Shown here piece after piece: positions 40,451 through 51,019 of a stretch of 64,000 bases of DNA. The position numbers and the translations under genes were made by a program. Positions within the stretch are counted from its first letter, which is position 1; each line of letters opens with the position of its first letter. The notes under the pieces were generated by a model. It ran no database searches. It was given only the letters and a program-made list of their open reading frames with translations, and was not told the origin of the DNA. This DNA is from Cyanidioschyzon merolae (Eukaryota), in assembly GCA_000091205.1 (NCBI GenBank), contig AP006490.2; one strand, given 5' to 3'.

Positions 40451-42853
40451 CGCAGCGAGCGTTTCCAAGGGAAAGCGCGTCACCGCTTTGCCAGACGGTA
40501 GATGAGACGGACTGAAAATGGCCGACTTGTTCTCCAGTCTTGATTTCCCTTCCTGTTCTCATTTCGTCACCGATTACATCGCGTTCTGCTGTACCCTTAT
40601 CGAACGGAACAACGCGCGCTTGCGCGTGCAGCGGTGAGCACGCTAACCAGTGTCATCGCCCAGATGAAGTACGTGGTCCCCGGGGTACGGCAACGGGTGC
40701 GGAAACCGAACAACGCATTCAGGTCAGTATCCTGGACCAAAAAAGGAAGTGTAGCAAGGTTTGAAGCGTGCATTTACACCCGAAATGTCGGGCCTCCAAC
40801 CAGGTGGTGTTCTGAGCTTACGGAAGCATCTGACCACAGCCATGTGTTACCCTTACAAAATGCGCTTCGTGACTGTTTACAAAGGAGATGCATCGGCAAA
40901 CGAAGTGTAGATGCAGCTTTTGCATCCGCATCGGACCCATGGTCGAGCGTTGGAATCGTCGAAATCGACATTTATCGCTGTGATCAACGTCTTACGACAA
41001 CTGATAACATCGCTGGGGATGCCTACGAAATTGAGGTATTCAAAGCCCGACACAAGAGACAAAATGGAAGCAGTCGCAGCAAATCCCGCAAAGGCTAGTT
41101 ATTCATTGCAATCGGATGTGATCCAGGCCTTAGAGAGGACGCCTGCGTCACAGGACCCATCCTGTTTTCTTCTGACACGAATGTTGGCAAGCGTTAATTC
41201 ATACGAGCAGCGCTCCCGCGGATTATTGGATCCAGCACATCCCGTTGGCTGCTCGTTTGTGTATCTGGCACAAGGGCATGTGTCGAAAGCGTTGGTCGCG
41301 CGAGGGACTCAACTTGCGTGCTTCCGACTGAAACCAGGGGCGGCAGCCGTACCGAAATGCAGCCTCTCTTCTCAGACGGGCGGTTGGTTGTGCATTTGCG
41401 CACGACGATGCACTCGTGGGCGTCTGGGCCGAATCCAGCACGCTTCGTGGGGCGACGAATTCCTTCTGGCTACCGCGGCATCGCTCTAAAGCTTTGGAAA
41501 AGTAGCATTGCTGACTCTGTTATATGGTCATGCATGAACACTTGCAGCTTCGGCACTAGGTTGAGGACTCCAATTGCGGTATGACTTGCATTGTGAACTC
41601 CGCTGGACCTTGAAGAGCTTTATGTTGCATAAATCGTCTTATATCCAGGGACAGATGCGCGCCGATCCAGTCGATGACCTCTCGTACAGCTCCCTCCTTT
41701 CAAGCAGATTGCACCGGGATCTGGGGGCAACGTCCGGATAGATTTGGAGGAACCGTCCTCGTTCCTCGCGCTGCCCAAAACATCGACCGAACCGTCAAGT
41801 CTCTGCTCACAGAGGAATACCGGTCTTCAGATGGTGAAAAGCGGAAGCGGAACCATGCGTACCCCGACGGCCGGCTTCGGGTGCGTACCAGTGGGAGTCC
41901 GCCTCGTTCCATCGATCCGACGTCGTGATCTGGTGCTCTATACAACAACCAAACTGATCTGCTCCAAGTGTGTCCGCATAGAATCAGTTGTGTCTCGGTG
42001 AACAGAACACGTTTGCTTCAGCACTTTGTTTCCATTGTGCGGTACGGTGTCGACGCGAATACGCCACCAGTCTCTGCACAAGGAGCGCCAATCCTGCCAC
42101 GCAGTAGGAAACGCATGCCAGGCATCGCAGCAAAGCCGGCGCATGCGTATCATTTTCTGTTGGACGGCACCCGCGGATCCAGGTTGTCGAGCGCACAGTG
42201 ACTGGGCATCTTGCCAACTGGGCCGTTCATTCTGCACAAGTTTTCTACGAGGCCGCATCTCGTTCGAGACGGATTTCAGCCCGGCATTGCTGCTTCTTCT
42301 CGACAGAATGAAGCTCGGTGTACCACACCGCTGTTCCACGTCGTTGCCCAGACGGTACCTCCATGGTTGCCGCGATTCTTCGACGAGTTATCGTCCAGCT
42401 GTGGGTTCCGCGAAAAGCGCACGCCAGAAACTAGTCCTCTTCGCGCTATGCGTTCTGATGCATAGCATGCAACCAGTTACGGCTTCCGCATTCAAAGTTT
42501 CCCGTTCATTCCGAGGATCTCGTACAATCACAGTACCGCTCAGCCGATGGAAGCACACGAAGAAGCTTCTGCATGGTGCACCCATGCAGAGGCAGTCCGG
42601 ATGAGGAACTCAGCGAGTTTCGGGATCCTACACCGTGTGCTTGTGACGGCATCATGTCAGGTGGCGCGCTGTTGGCGCTGCCGCCCATTCACCAGAAAAC
42701 GAATGGCCAGCATGGAACGGATTTCGACGCACGGGCTGTAGACGATCTGTTGCCATAGATGCGCTAATGTTAGTACTGTTTCCGTAAAAGCGCTGTTAGA
42801 GACTGGTTACCCTTCGTAGAGGAGCAAGACGCTGCGAGGCTTTGGGCTGACTT

Positions 42854-43897
42854 ATGGCTCATGTCTCTGAAGGGTCTTTCGATGCGGACCAGATTAACCA
42901 GATACGGCTCTCGGTGAGTCGCCCCACGAGCAGCGAGTGGAGTCAGGTGCACCTGCTCCGCGAGCGCTTAGAGCGAGCCAGCCTGCTCGTAGATCCGGTC
43001 ATACGGCGTTGGGCGACTGATCGATGTCTACGTCGTTATCTGAGAGCGCGAAGTCACAACTTAGATCGCGCTCTTGACATGATTCGCCGGTCTATTCAGT
43101 GGCGACTGGAGTACCACCCGGAGCAGCGGTTTTGTCGAGCGTGCAAGGCGAACCCGCGCTCGCACACGTATCGTCGGGTAGGTCGCACGTTGACGGGACA
43201 ACCCGTGATGTTCTCGACCTTTGTCGGCGTCGAGAACTATGATCCAGCGGATAACATTGAGCACCTCTCCTCTGGAATTGAGCACGCAGTTGGTGTCAAC
43301 GCAAGATGGCCCGATCTAGACCCTTTCCCCGAAACCTATGTATGGGTTTTGGATTTCGCTGGCTTTCATGCAAGACACTTGAGTCCCGGAGTTGGGCGAG
43401 CGAGTTTGGCACTGTTCAGTGATCACTATCCTGAGCGGTTGCAGCTCGCAATAATTCATGATGCTCCGGCGATTTTTCGCGGACTTTGGTTCGCATTGAA
43501 ACCATTTATCGATCGGCAAACATGCAAAAAAATCCTTTTCATCCGACGAGCACATGCTGCAAAGTTGTTCGAGAGAATCTTTCCGCCAGAGCTCTGTGAA
43601 TGGCTCGAGAAAGAGCTGCGCGAGGTTCGCGACAAACGTGTCGCCCGTGAGAAGCAGTGGTGGCGTGAATGGTGTCCTGCCTGGGACGACGACAAGAAAC
43701 CGCTCTCGGAGCTTTTCCCAGGAGTGGTTATACCTGAAAAGGGCCCTCTCGAAGGCAACTCGCGTTGCACGCAGTGGATCCGCATGGGCGCCGTCGACGA
43801 TGCGATGGAAGTCAGCAAGAATTCCGATGAAACATTCTATGATGCAATGGAAAACGACTTTGGGTCTAGTACGTTCGCGAGGCATCACGCGGCTTGA
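42854..43897 (+). CDS. Sec14-like / CRAL-TRIO domain lipid-transfer protein.
   Basis: CRAL-TRIO N-terminal 'LRRYLRARSHNLDRALDMIRRSIQWR' and the lipid-binding domain 'VWVLDFAGFHARHLSPGVGRASLALFSDHYPERLQLAIIHDAPAIFRGLWFALKPFIDRQTCKKILFI'. Confidence 0.75.
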   Translation: MAHVSEGSFDADQINQIRLSVSRPTSSEWSQVHLLRERLERASLLVDPVIRRWATDRCLRRYLRARSHNLDRALDMIRRSIQWRLEYHPEQRFCRACKANPRSHTYRRVGRTLTGQPVMFSTFVGVENYDPADNIEHLSSGIEHAVGVNARWPDLDPFPETYVWVLDFAGFHARHLSPGVGRASLALFSDHYPERLQLAIIHDAPAIFRGLWFALKPFIDRQTCKKILFIRRAHAAKLFERIFPPELCEWLEKELREVRDKRVAREKQWWREWCPAWDDDKKPLSELFPGVVIPEKGPLEGNSRCTQWIRMGAVDDAMEVSKNSDETFYDAMENDFGSSTFARHHAA

Positions 43898-45241
43898 CGG
43901 TTCCGTACGAGTTCCTGTTCTAGAATGGGTACTTGCTTTGGCCTTGGAAGGTTGTCCGCGAATCACTGCGTGTGGAATGGAATCTCGAAACCGCAGGAAG
44001 CCCGACGCATGAGCCCGCGCGATGGGATACTGGACGCCGTATCGAGGATGAATGCCCTTACGGAATCCCGCGTTTTAATCGGAAACCTCTCTTCTGTGAA
44101 TTAAGTCGAATGAGTGAAATACGTGAACGAAAAAGAGCATTCGATTTGCAAAGGATACGTGCAACGTTCCCCGAAAGCCGACGACTGGAGGTCGCTCGTG
44201 GGAGGGTGCTCGTCCGCCTCGACAGGACGATGCGCATCAGCGGTGCTAGTGAGGCTCTCCATTCGTGTGCGAGCGTTCTTTCTCGCGATACGACGCTGCG
44301 CTGTGGAAGGATGCCCCGTCAGAGTGCGCATCTACTCGAGGGCAGGCCACGGAATACAGCACCTCACGAGCAAAGACACGGACTCGCGCTAACGAGTCCA
44401 AATAAAACTCGCTTCGTGCAAATATCACGAATTGGCAACTGTTTTGGAGGCATGACGATGCACGAAGTGGATCTATCTATCGCTGAACCACAGGATTCTC
44501 TGATACTTTAAATGAGGGCGGAAGCAGTGCGGTTTGACGGTCTCGTAAGCGAACTCCTCTAGCTCTGGTCAACTGGCAACTCGTAAACTGTTCGCATACA
44601 CATGCGTCCCTGTAAGTCATGGACTTTACATCCTGACGCAACCTATACGTTTTATGCGTCAACATAGGAGCAGTCCTCATACCGGTAATGATACCTATTC
44701 TAGGATGCTTCTGCAGCTTCAGTCGGCGCTCGAACAAGGCCGGGTACGAGAAAACGCGGATATCGTTCGAGGCGACGCATTCTACTGCAAGATGCTCGAT
44801 GCATGTGCACTGGGCGTTCTTGGTTCGCTCGGAAACGTATCGAAAAGCCTTGCTCTGCGAATTATCTCGCGACGGTGAGAACACCATCATCAGATCGACA
44901 TCGATCCTGCTAAATGATTTCCCAGCGGAATGCTCGCTCGGAGACCGCTGCTGGTTTCGAGCGTAACCGTTCAATGTTTGAGCACGGACCCAGAGAAAGG
45001 GTTTACAGGACGCTGACACGATAGTCTAGAGAGCTACGTCGCCGAGCGATGGAGCACCCAGCGGGGCGTCTTCATTCGTTCTCATGAAAATCTCATAGAG
45101 GACTAGCGACTTTTGCAGTGTGTGCAACCCATGCATGCGTCAGTACCCTCATTTGCAACCAGAAACGAATCGTTCATCGAGCACCAGTCTATGTGGGATG
45201 CGATCGCCTCTAGTGACGAGAAGGGATCAACCACTCTCTGC

Positions 45242-45688
45242 TCAGGGACCAGCGCGGCCAAGCTTTTCCTTGAGCACTCGCAAAAGTGGCTCAGCCTTGT
45301 CCGGCTCCAGTCGGGGCCCGCCACCGGGATGGCGGATCAAACCATCACCAGGTTTGCGCGGAATAATATGGATGTGCACGTGCGGCACAACCTGGCCGGC
45401 CTCCCGTCCGTTATTTACCAGTAGGTTGTATGAGGGTGCACCCACCGCCGCTTTGATCGCTTTTCCTAAGAGAGGCACTCGCGCGAAAACCGCGGACACC
45501 TCCTCGGGAGGCATCGTCTCGAGCACCTCGTGATGCGACCGCGGTACCAGTAACGTATGCCCCGAAGTTGCTGGAAACAGATCGAGAAACGCAGTACAAT
45601 TCTCGTCACTGAAAACCTTGTAGCATGGAAGCTCACCACTAATGATTTTACAAAAGATGCAGTCTTGTGCTGGGTCTGACGAGGCCAT
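45242..45688 (-). CDS. HIT-family hydrolase (Hint-like histidine triad protein). The likely start is 'MASSDPAQDCIFCK...' near 45688; the listed ORF extends upstream into the adjacent repeat end.
   Basis: 'CIFCKIISGELPCYKVFSDENCTAFLDLFPATSGHTLLVPRSHH' and the histidine triad 'HVHIHIIPR'. Confidence 0.8.
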   Translation of the reverse strand: MASSDPAQDCIFCKIISGELPCYKVFSDENCTAFLDLFPATSGHTLLVPRSHHEVLETMPPEEVSAVFARVPLLGKAIKAAVGAPSYNLLVNNGREAGQVVPHVHIHIIPRKPGDGLIRHPGGGPRLEPDKAEPLLRVLKEKLGRAGP

Positions 45689-45851
45689 CCTCAGCGAGCG
45701 TCGTGAACTTGGCTCCGGAGTACCACAGCGCACCGGCCGCCTGCAAGTGAAAAGATATTGCTTCCGTGCGCACCTGCTCGCCAACTTCCCGATAGCGAGA
45801 CTTGACGCGGTCCAAGCGGGTAGTGCGCTCCTCTGCAGCGAAACAAACATA

Positions 45852-48498
45852 GAACCACAGTCGAACGACCCCGACCGTGTACAGTAGTGACAAACACGCC
45901 CTAGACAAGAAGTCGCGAACTGGCGTACAGACGCCTCCCCGTCTGTTTGGACCGGCCCCCTACTACTGCTTCCATTTTTTTCTCATATAGTTCGACTTTG
46001 AGAGGTTGTCCAACAAAGTCCTCTCTTGTCAGCTCTGGATGTCTCTGCTCCAGCACCGCACATTTCCTTATATCGATAGCGGCATTAAAATCTCGATTTA
46101 CAAACTCCATCCGTTTCTTGCTATCATTCGTTGTACTAACCAGCGCAAGTAGCCCTCGCACTTTCGCTCTCCTTCCCATTCGCTCTTCCTTCAGCGCACC
46201 CTACTTTGCTATGTCCTCAGGGCTCCGCTGGCACTTTTCCATCTCGACCCTCTGAAGTGTACAACCCAGCTCGTGGTGTGTATACGATGTTCGAAATTCA
46301 TCTATCGGCATTGTACCAAAACGCCATGCGCACTCCTTATACGTTCTCGTCGTTGGAGCTGGCGTAGTTCCTTTTTGGGTCTTCCATCGCCCTGCTCCGT
46401 ACGCTACTACGAGCCATTGACTCTCATCCTCCTTCATGGCGCTCAACTTATTGAAAAAGTTGGCGAACGCCCGCTGCTTCCCACCGTACAGATTCATTTG
46501 CAGACGAGCCCACCGGGGCTTGGTATACTTCCCCCACAGTGCATCCCAACGAGCAACGCGAACTTCCATGACTTTCCGAAAAGCTGTAAAGTCCGCCCCG
46601 CGACTCGTCACCTCGCTCAAAGCTTCCAGGTGATCCTTCATTCCTGCATTCCATGTCTCGATTTTTTCCTCGCATTGATTATAAAGGATTCTCGGTAATG
46701 TCTCTATCTTTAGAACTGAAAAAGACACATGTCTTTCTGACGTAAGTTGCCGTCAGTACCATCTTCCGCACGCTTCGGTGCTGTGATGGTTATGATATTT
46801 GTGTTTCCGGGGTCTGCGTCAACGATAAACTCGTAATCCTCTACCTCTTGCGTCGCAGGATCCTCCTCTTTCTCATCTTCATGCTTCGCCGAAGGCAAAG
46901 CCGAGGGCGGAACATGGCGATCCGCCTTCAGCCGCCCATAGTGTACACACAAGGCTACTCCATCGGTTTCGATCATCCTAACGAAGAACATCTGCTTGCT
47001 CACTTTCAGAAGTTTGAAACTGAAGATGTTCTTCCAGTACGTCTCCCGATTTTCGCCGGTGAACTCCTCCCTGCTAACATTGAACTCCGGACTGATCTCC
47101 ACCATGATGCCATAGAGGACTCTGGAGTCGATAGTCACAAAATGCGACTTGATATTGCACATTGGAAACATGTTGCAGCGCTTTCCCATTAGGAAAGCCT
47201 TCCGTCTCTCCCACTCTTCATTTTTTCCTCACTCAGCTTCACCTCTGCCTTGCGTTCGAGCTGTCGGTCCAGAAACACGAAATAGAGCAGGATGACTTGA
47301 TACCATCTTTTTTCATCAATTTTCAACTCTGATACCTTGTCTGTTGGATTCGGTAGCCCCAGTACCGCACGATGCTCTTGTATAACCGCACGGATCGCGG
47401 AAGCTTCATTCGTACTCCCTTTTGACGCCTTCTTGTCGACGAATTCGACCTCATCTTCATGCTTGCGATCGTACGTGATGCCATTGATAATCGCCCATTT
47501 TCCACTGCGAGAGATGCCCGGGTAGAGTGCAAACACGGCGTGTAACATGAAACGTTCGAGGTTCACTGTCAAATGGTTCTTCAGGTTTGTGATGTACTTC
47601 ATCGCCCCATAGCGGTAAATATCCCGGTCACCCCTGTATCGAGTACTCTCGAACCTGTAAAAGGGATGTGTTTCGTGCAAGGCATGCACTAGCATATCTT
47701 CCCTCCGCGTTTCTTCTCTACAAAGCATCGGGTGACGAATACAGGTCTTGTCGAAAAACTCGTCTGGAATCTCGACTGGTTTGACGTCCGTCACTTCGCG
47801 ATACATTTCCCTCGCCAAATGCATCAGTCCTGACGACGCCTTGAAAATACTCTCGGAGTACGAGTCGACACGTTTTTTGATAGCGTCTCGCAACTTTTCC
47901 CTGTAGGGATCCTTGATATGTTTGAGAAGACAGGTTTTCACCACCATCTTGTGGTACGGTCGTCTTTCTTGCAGCCTTCGACGTAGGGCCTCCCAATTTC
48001 GGTCCTTCTTCTTCTCCTCCTTTTCCTCTGGACTCGGCACTGTTTTTTTTTCTGCCAGCCGGTTACCCTGGGCCTCCAGGATCGTCGACTTGGATTTTCA
48101 TATCTTTCCTTTTTTTCGTTTTTTTGAACAAGAACGCTCTTTGAACGCTTCTGTTATATACTGCGAAAAATCAATCGAATATTTTTACTTGAGGTTTGAA
48201 GCACAATCGAACTGAAAGACTGTACGTTGCTATGACCTGAGCAAAAATACAACTTTTACAGTAGATCTACACGCTAGAGATCAGGATCACGTTTCGCTTC
48301 CATGACGGAATACGCGTCTTGTCTCATGCCTGCCCGATCTACGAGGTGCGCTCGCTGAGCGCGTTGCGCGCACCGCGCGAGACGCCTCACCGATCGATGA
48401 AGGACACGTGTCCGACGTCGCTTCGGCACATTCGTGTTCGCATCGCGCTGCAGCGGAAATCAGCTGTCTTAGATTGGAAACTCACGTATCTAGCGCCG
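45852..48498 (-). mobile_element. Family-I Fanzor/TnpB-like element, inverted copy C, the most intact copy. It sits between the HIT gene (~160 bp from the element's 3' end) and the C2H2 zinc-finger gene (~285 bp from its 5' end).
   Basis: Collinear with copy B over its whole length on the minus strand. It ends in the shared 3' block (revcomp of 45852-45913 = 'ctagggcgtgtttgtcactactgtacacggtcggggtcgttcgact') and starts with 'cgtgagtttcc' (revcomp at ~48498). Confidence 0.7.
45901..48200 (-). pseudogene. Fanzor/TnpB-like RNA-guided endonuclease, nearly intact (~740 aa). It is split into four ORFs (47189..48040, 46710..47189, 46201..46728, 45901..46179) by two single-nt homopolymer frameshifts and one in-frame TAG. 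There is an additional A9-run frameshift between the ATG 'MKIQVDDPGG' and the main frame.
   Basis: RuvC-I '[24 protein letters not shown]', RuvC-II region 'QWLVVAYGAGRW', 'MPIDEFRTSYTHHELGCTLQRVEMEKCQRS' (zinc-finger position), and RuvC-III 'KKRMEFVNRDFNAAIDIRKCAVLE'. The frame breaks are at 'gaggaaaaaatgaag' (A6, where A7 would be continuous) and 'atgtgtctttttcag' (T5, where T6 would be continuous). The TAG aligns to TAC (Tyr) in copy B. Confidence 0.65.
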
Positions 48499-48781
48499 AT
48501 TCGCGCGTAGCGCGCCGTTGAGCTCGCACCGGCGGCCGTCGTCGCCGCCGCCGGCCGCCGGTGCCGGCCGCCGTAAAGCGCCTCTGCGCGCCAACGATTC
48601 GCGTATCGCCAGGACGTATCGTTGTGGCTTGTCTGCGGTCGGTTGCAGTTCGTACTGTGGTGGCGCAAACGTCGTCGGAAGTGTCTTTGGAGCTGAGTTT
48701 GTTGTGCGCGCGGCGAGCTCACAGTTCCCGCAGCAAAAAGTTACTCTTGCCGGTTAGTAACAGTTTTCCGACGTCGTCTTC

Positions 48782-50689
48782 TTGAGACCTTTTCCGATGC
48801 AGGAACGGAATAGGGAGAGCGCAAAGGAGCAGTCAGCTGGCGAACCAGCACAGCAGGTGGACATGTGGGCGTCACTGATGGGATCCAGCCCGATTCTTAA
48901 ACTCGAAAAATTGAACAACGTCATGATGGAGGTTCCTCCTTGCGTCGGCTCGCTAGGAATTGAGCGTTGGTACGGACAGGACGCGCGCTACTCGAAGGAC
49001 GCTAGTGCAGGCGTCGGTGCGAACGAAGAGCAGGCGCCCGACACAAGCCGAGACTGCTCGTTTGATGAGACACTTTCCGTGTCCAGTAGCTCGACAAGCG
49101 CAGTGACAGGCGCACCCACTCTGAATACTGATAACAGAGTAGACGCACCGTTTGTCCCTGGAACAACGGCAGGCACGAGCGCGCTCCGGTTTGTGTGCCC
49201 GCGTTGCGAGCGCTCTTTCTCGTCCGCATCACACTTGCGTCGGCACACTCGCGACGTACACCAGAACGTGAGAAAGCACGGCTGTGATTTGTGCGGCATG
49301 GCCTTCAAACGACGACAACACTTGACTTCGCACTATGAGGCGTGTGCCCGCCGGTTGAGGTATCCGATGCGGCCGGATCAAAATGCATGTTTGGTAGGGA
49401 CACACCCGTCGCATGCACCGGCTGGGGTCATACAGGAGCATGGGCCCCAGCATGACGTCGCTTGCAGGACATCTGATGTGATGTTGACTGATGCGGAACG
49501 GTTCCTACCGCCGCTGAATCCAGTTGACAGTGCCCATCGACGATGTGTTCGAGGGCCAGCGGCAGCCGCTGCCGCCCCTGTGGCCTCGGAACGTCGCAGC
49601 CGTTTGCAGAAACGCGAGAAGGCGCATAGTTGTAGTGATCTGCTGCTACTCGATCAGGCGGAGCGCAATGCCGCGAAACTGTATGCGGAGTCCCGACCCC
49701 CTGCGGATTGGTTCTCAGAACTTCATAGTTCATCGCTGGCCTCGAGCGCGGCCTCAAATGAAACCGTTCTGATGGGTGAAGTCGAGTGTACCGGCGGCAA
49801 ACGCGGTAAGGGACTAGAATCTTGCTACGGCGTGCCGGGCTCCACCCTCGAGGATCGGCTAAGCTTCTTTACGAATAATTCTTCCGGGACAGGCTCGTAT
49901 CCAGACTGGCTGGCAGGATTCCGAGATGCCTCCAGTGAGGTAATGCGCGCTCGCAGTGCCTCGGATCCGAGCACCTGCATGCCGCCTCAGGATGCCCGTC
50001 GAGCAGTGACGCTGTCGCAGGCAGCACCTCATGCACAAGGCGCTGCTCTCGACACTACACTTCGAGCATCAAGGTCAGATTCCCGAGAATCCGCTGATCC
50101 GGAAATGTTGCGGATCCTGGATTCTTATGCCCGATATGTTTGTATATCGAAACTTTTTGAAGATACCGTGACCAAGTTGCGTGGCACTGATACCGGATCG
50201 GACGCAAAGTCGACAGCGGCGGCATCATCTGCAGCGAAGATGCAGCCTCCGATGCTGGATGAGCTGTACGCTATCATCTCGGAGGGTTCGCATCTGGCCC
50301 CTGATTCGGCAAGTTGTCCACATCATCAGAGCATGCCCGTGAGCTCGACCGCACCAACTGGTGCCACCACCAATGCGGCAGCTCCAAAACGGGGCGAATC
50401 GCTTCATGCTGACGCTTTAATGGCACCTGCACCACTCCCCACCAACCTCTACACCCATATTCCATCGGACACCTGTGGTGATGAGCGCTGCTGGCGAGAT
50501 GAATCGATGCGATTTCATGTTGGTGAACGCTCAGGGCGCTCGAGACCTTATCGTGAATGCCCCCAGGGCGTATCGGCAATGAACAGTGCGGGCTCAAGTG
50601 GTCGCAGCAGAGCGCCTTCTGCCATGAAGAATCGAGGGCCACCCCAGACTGGAGCATCTGGAGACGAATCCGGGTCCGGAGGGCTTTGA
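48782..50689 (+). CDS. C2H2 zinc-finger protein (two tandem C2H2 fingers near aa 140-190); the rest is low complexity.
   Basis: 'FVCPRCERSFSSASHLRRHTRDVHQNVRKHGCDLCGMAFKRRQHLTSHYEAC' is two C-x2-C...H-x3-5-H units. Confidence 0.55.
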   Translation: MRPFPMQERNRESAKEQSAGEPAQQVDMWASLMGSSPILKLEKLNNVMMEVPPCVGSLGIERWYGQDARYSKDASAGVGANEEQAPDTSRDCSFDETLSVSSSSTSAVTGAPTLNTDNRVDAPFVPGTTAGTSALRFVCPRCERSFSSASHLRRHTRDVHQNVRKHGCDLCGMAFKRRQHLTSHYEACARRLRYPMRPDQNACLVGTHPSHAPAGVIQEHGPQHDVACRTSDVMLTDAERFLPPLNPVDSAHRRCVRGPAAAAAAPVASERRSRLQKREKAHSCSDLLLLDQAERNAAKLYAESRPPADWFSELHSSSLASSAASNETVLMGEVECTGGKRGKGLESCYGVPGSTLEDRLSFFTNNSSGTGSYPDWLAGFRDASSEVMRARSASDPSTCMPPQDARRAVTLSQAAPHAQGAALDTTLRASRSDSRESADPEMLRILDSYARYVCISKLFEDTVTKLRGTDTGSDAKSTAAASSAAKMQPPMLDELYAIISEGSHLAPDSASCPHHQSMPVSSTAPTGATTNAAAPKRGESLHADALMAPAPLPTNLYTHIPSDTCGDERCWRDESMRFHVGERSGRSRPYRECPQGVSAMNSAGSSGRSRAPSAMKNRGPPQTGASGDESGSGGL

Positions 50690-51019
50690 ATAGAACAAGT
50701 GAAGTCTACGACAAGGAACATTATTATTTGGCGCGCAGCATTCCTGGCGCCCACATGTGCTCAATTTACGTGCGTACGCACTTGCCAGTGTGCAGGCGTA
50801 TGCGTCCATCATACCATTGCGTGCGGAAGCGCTACTTGGCAGCCTTGAATGCAACCTAAAATTCCTCCGATGGGCTGGCATGTTTGCTCACGCTCTATCC
50901 GTAGTAGATTCGATTCGAACGCGGGCCCGCACGCATTGTTGCTGCCTGTCGATTTTCTCCCCGAACTTTTCTTAAATGGTCAGCCTCGACATTTGAAGAG
51001 CAGCAAGAAAGGCACACGG

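Noticed and set aside
46715-46730. 'gtgtctttttcag' at the second frame break of copy C looked like a GT...poly-Y...AG mini-intron.
   Set aside because: It is only 13 nt, far too short for a spliceosomal intron. A +1 change in the T-run restores the frame, and copy B breaks at the same T-run, so a homopolymer indel explains it better.
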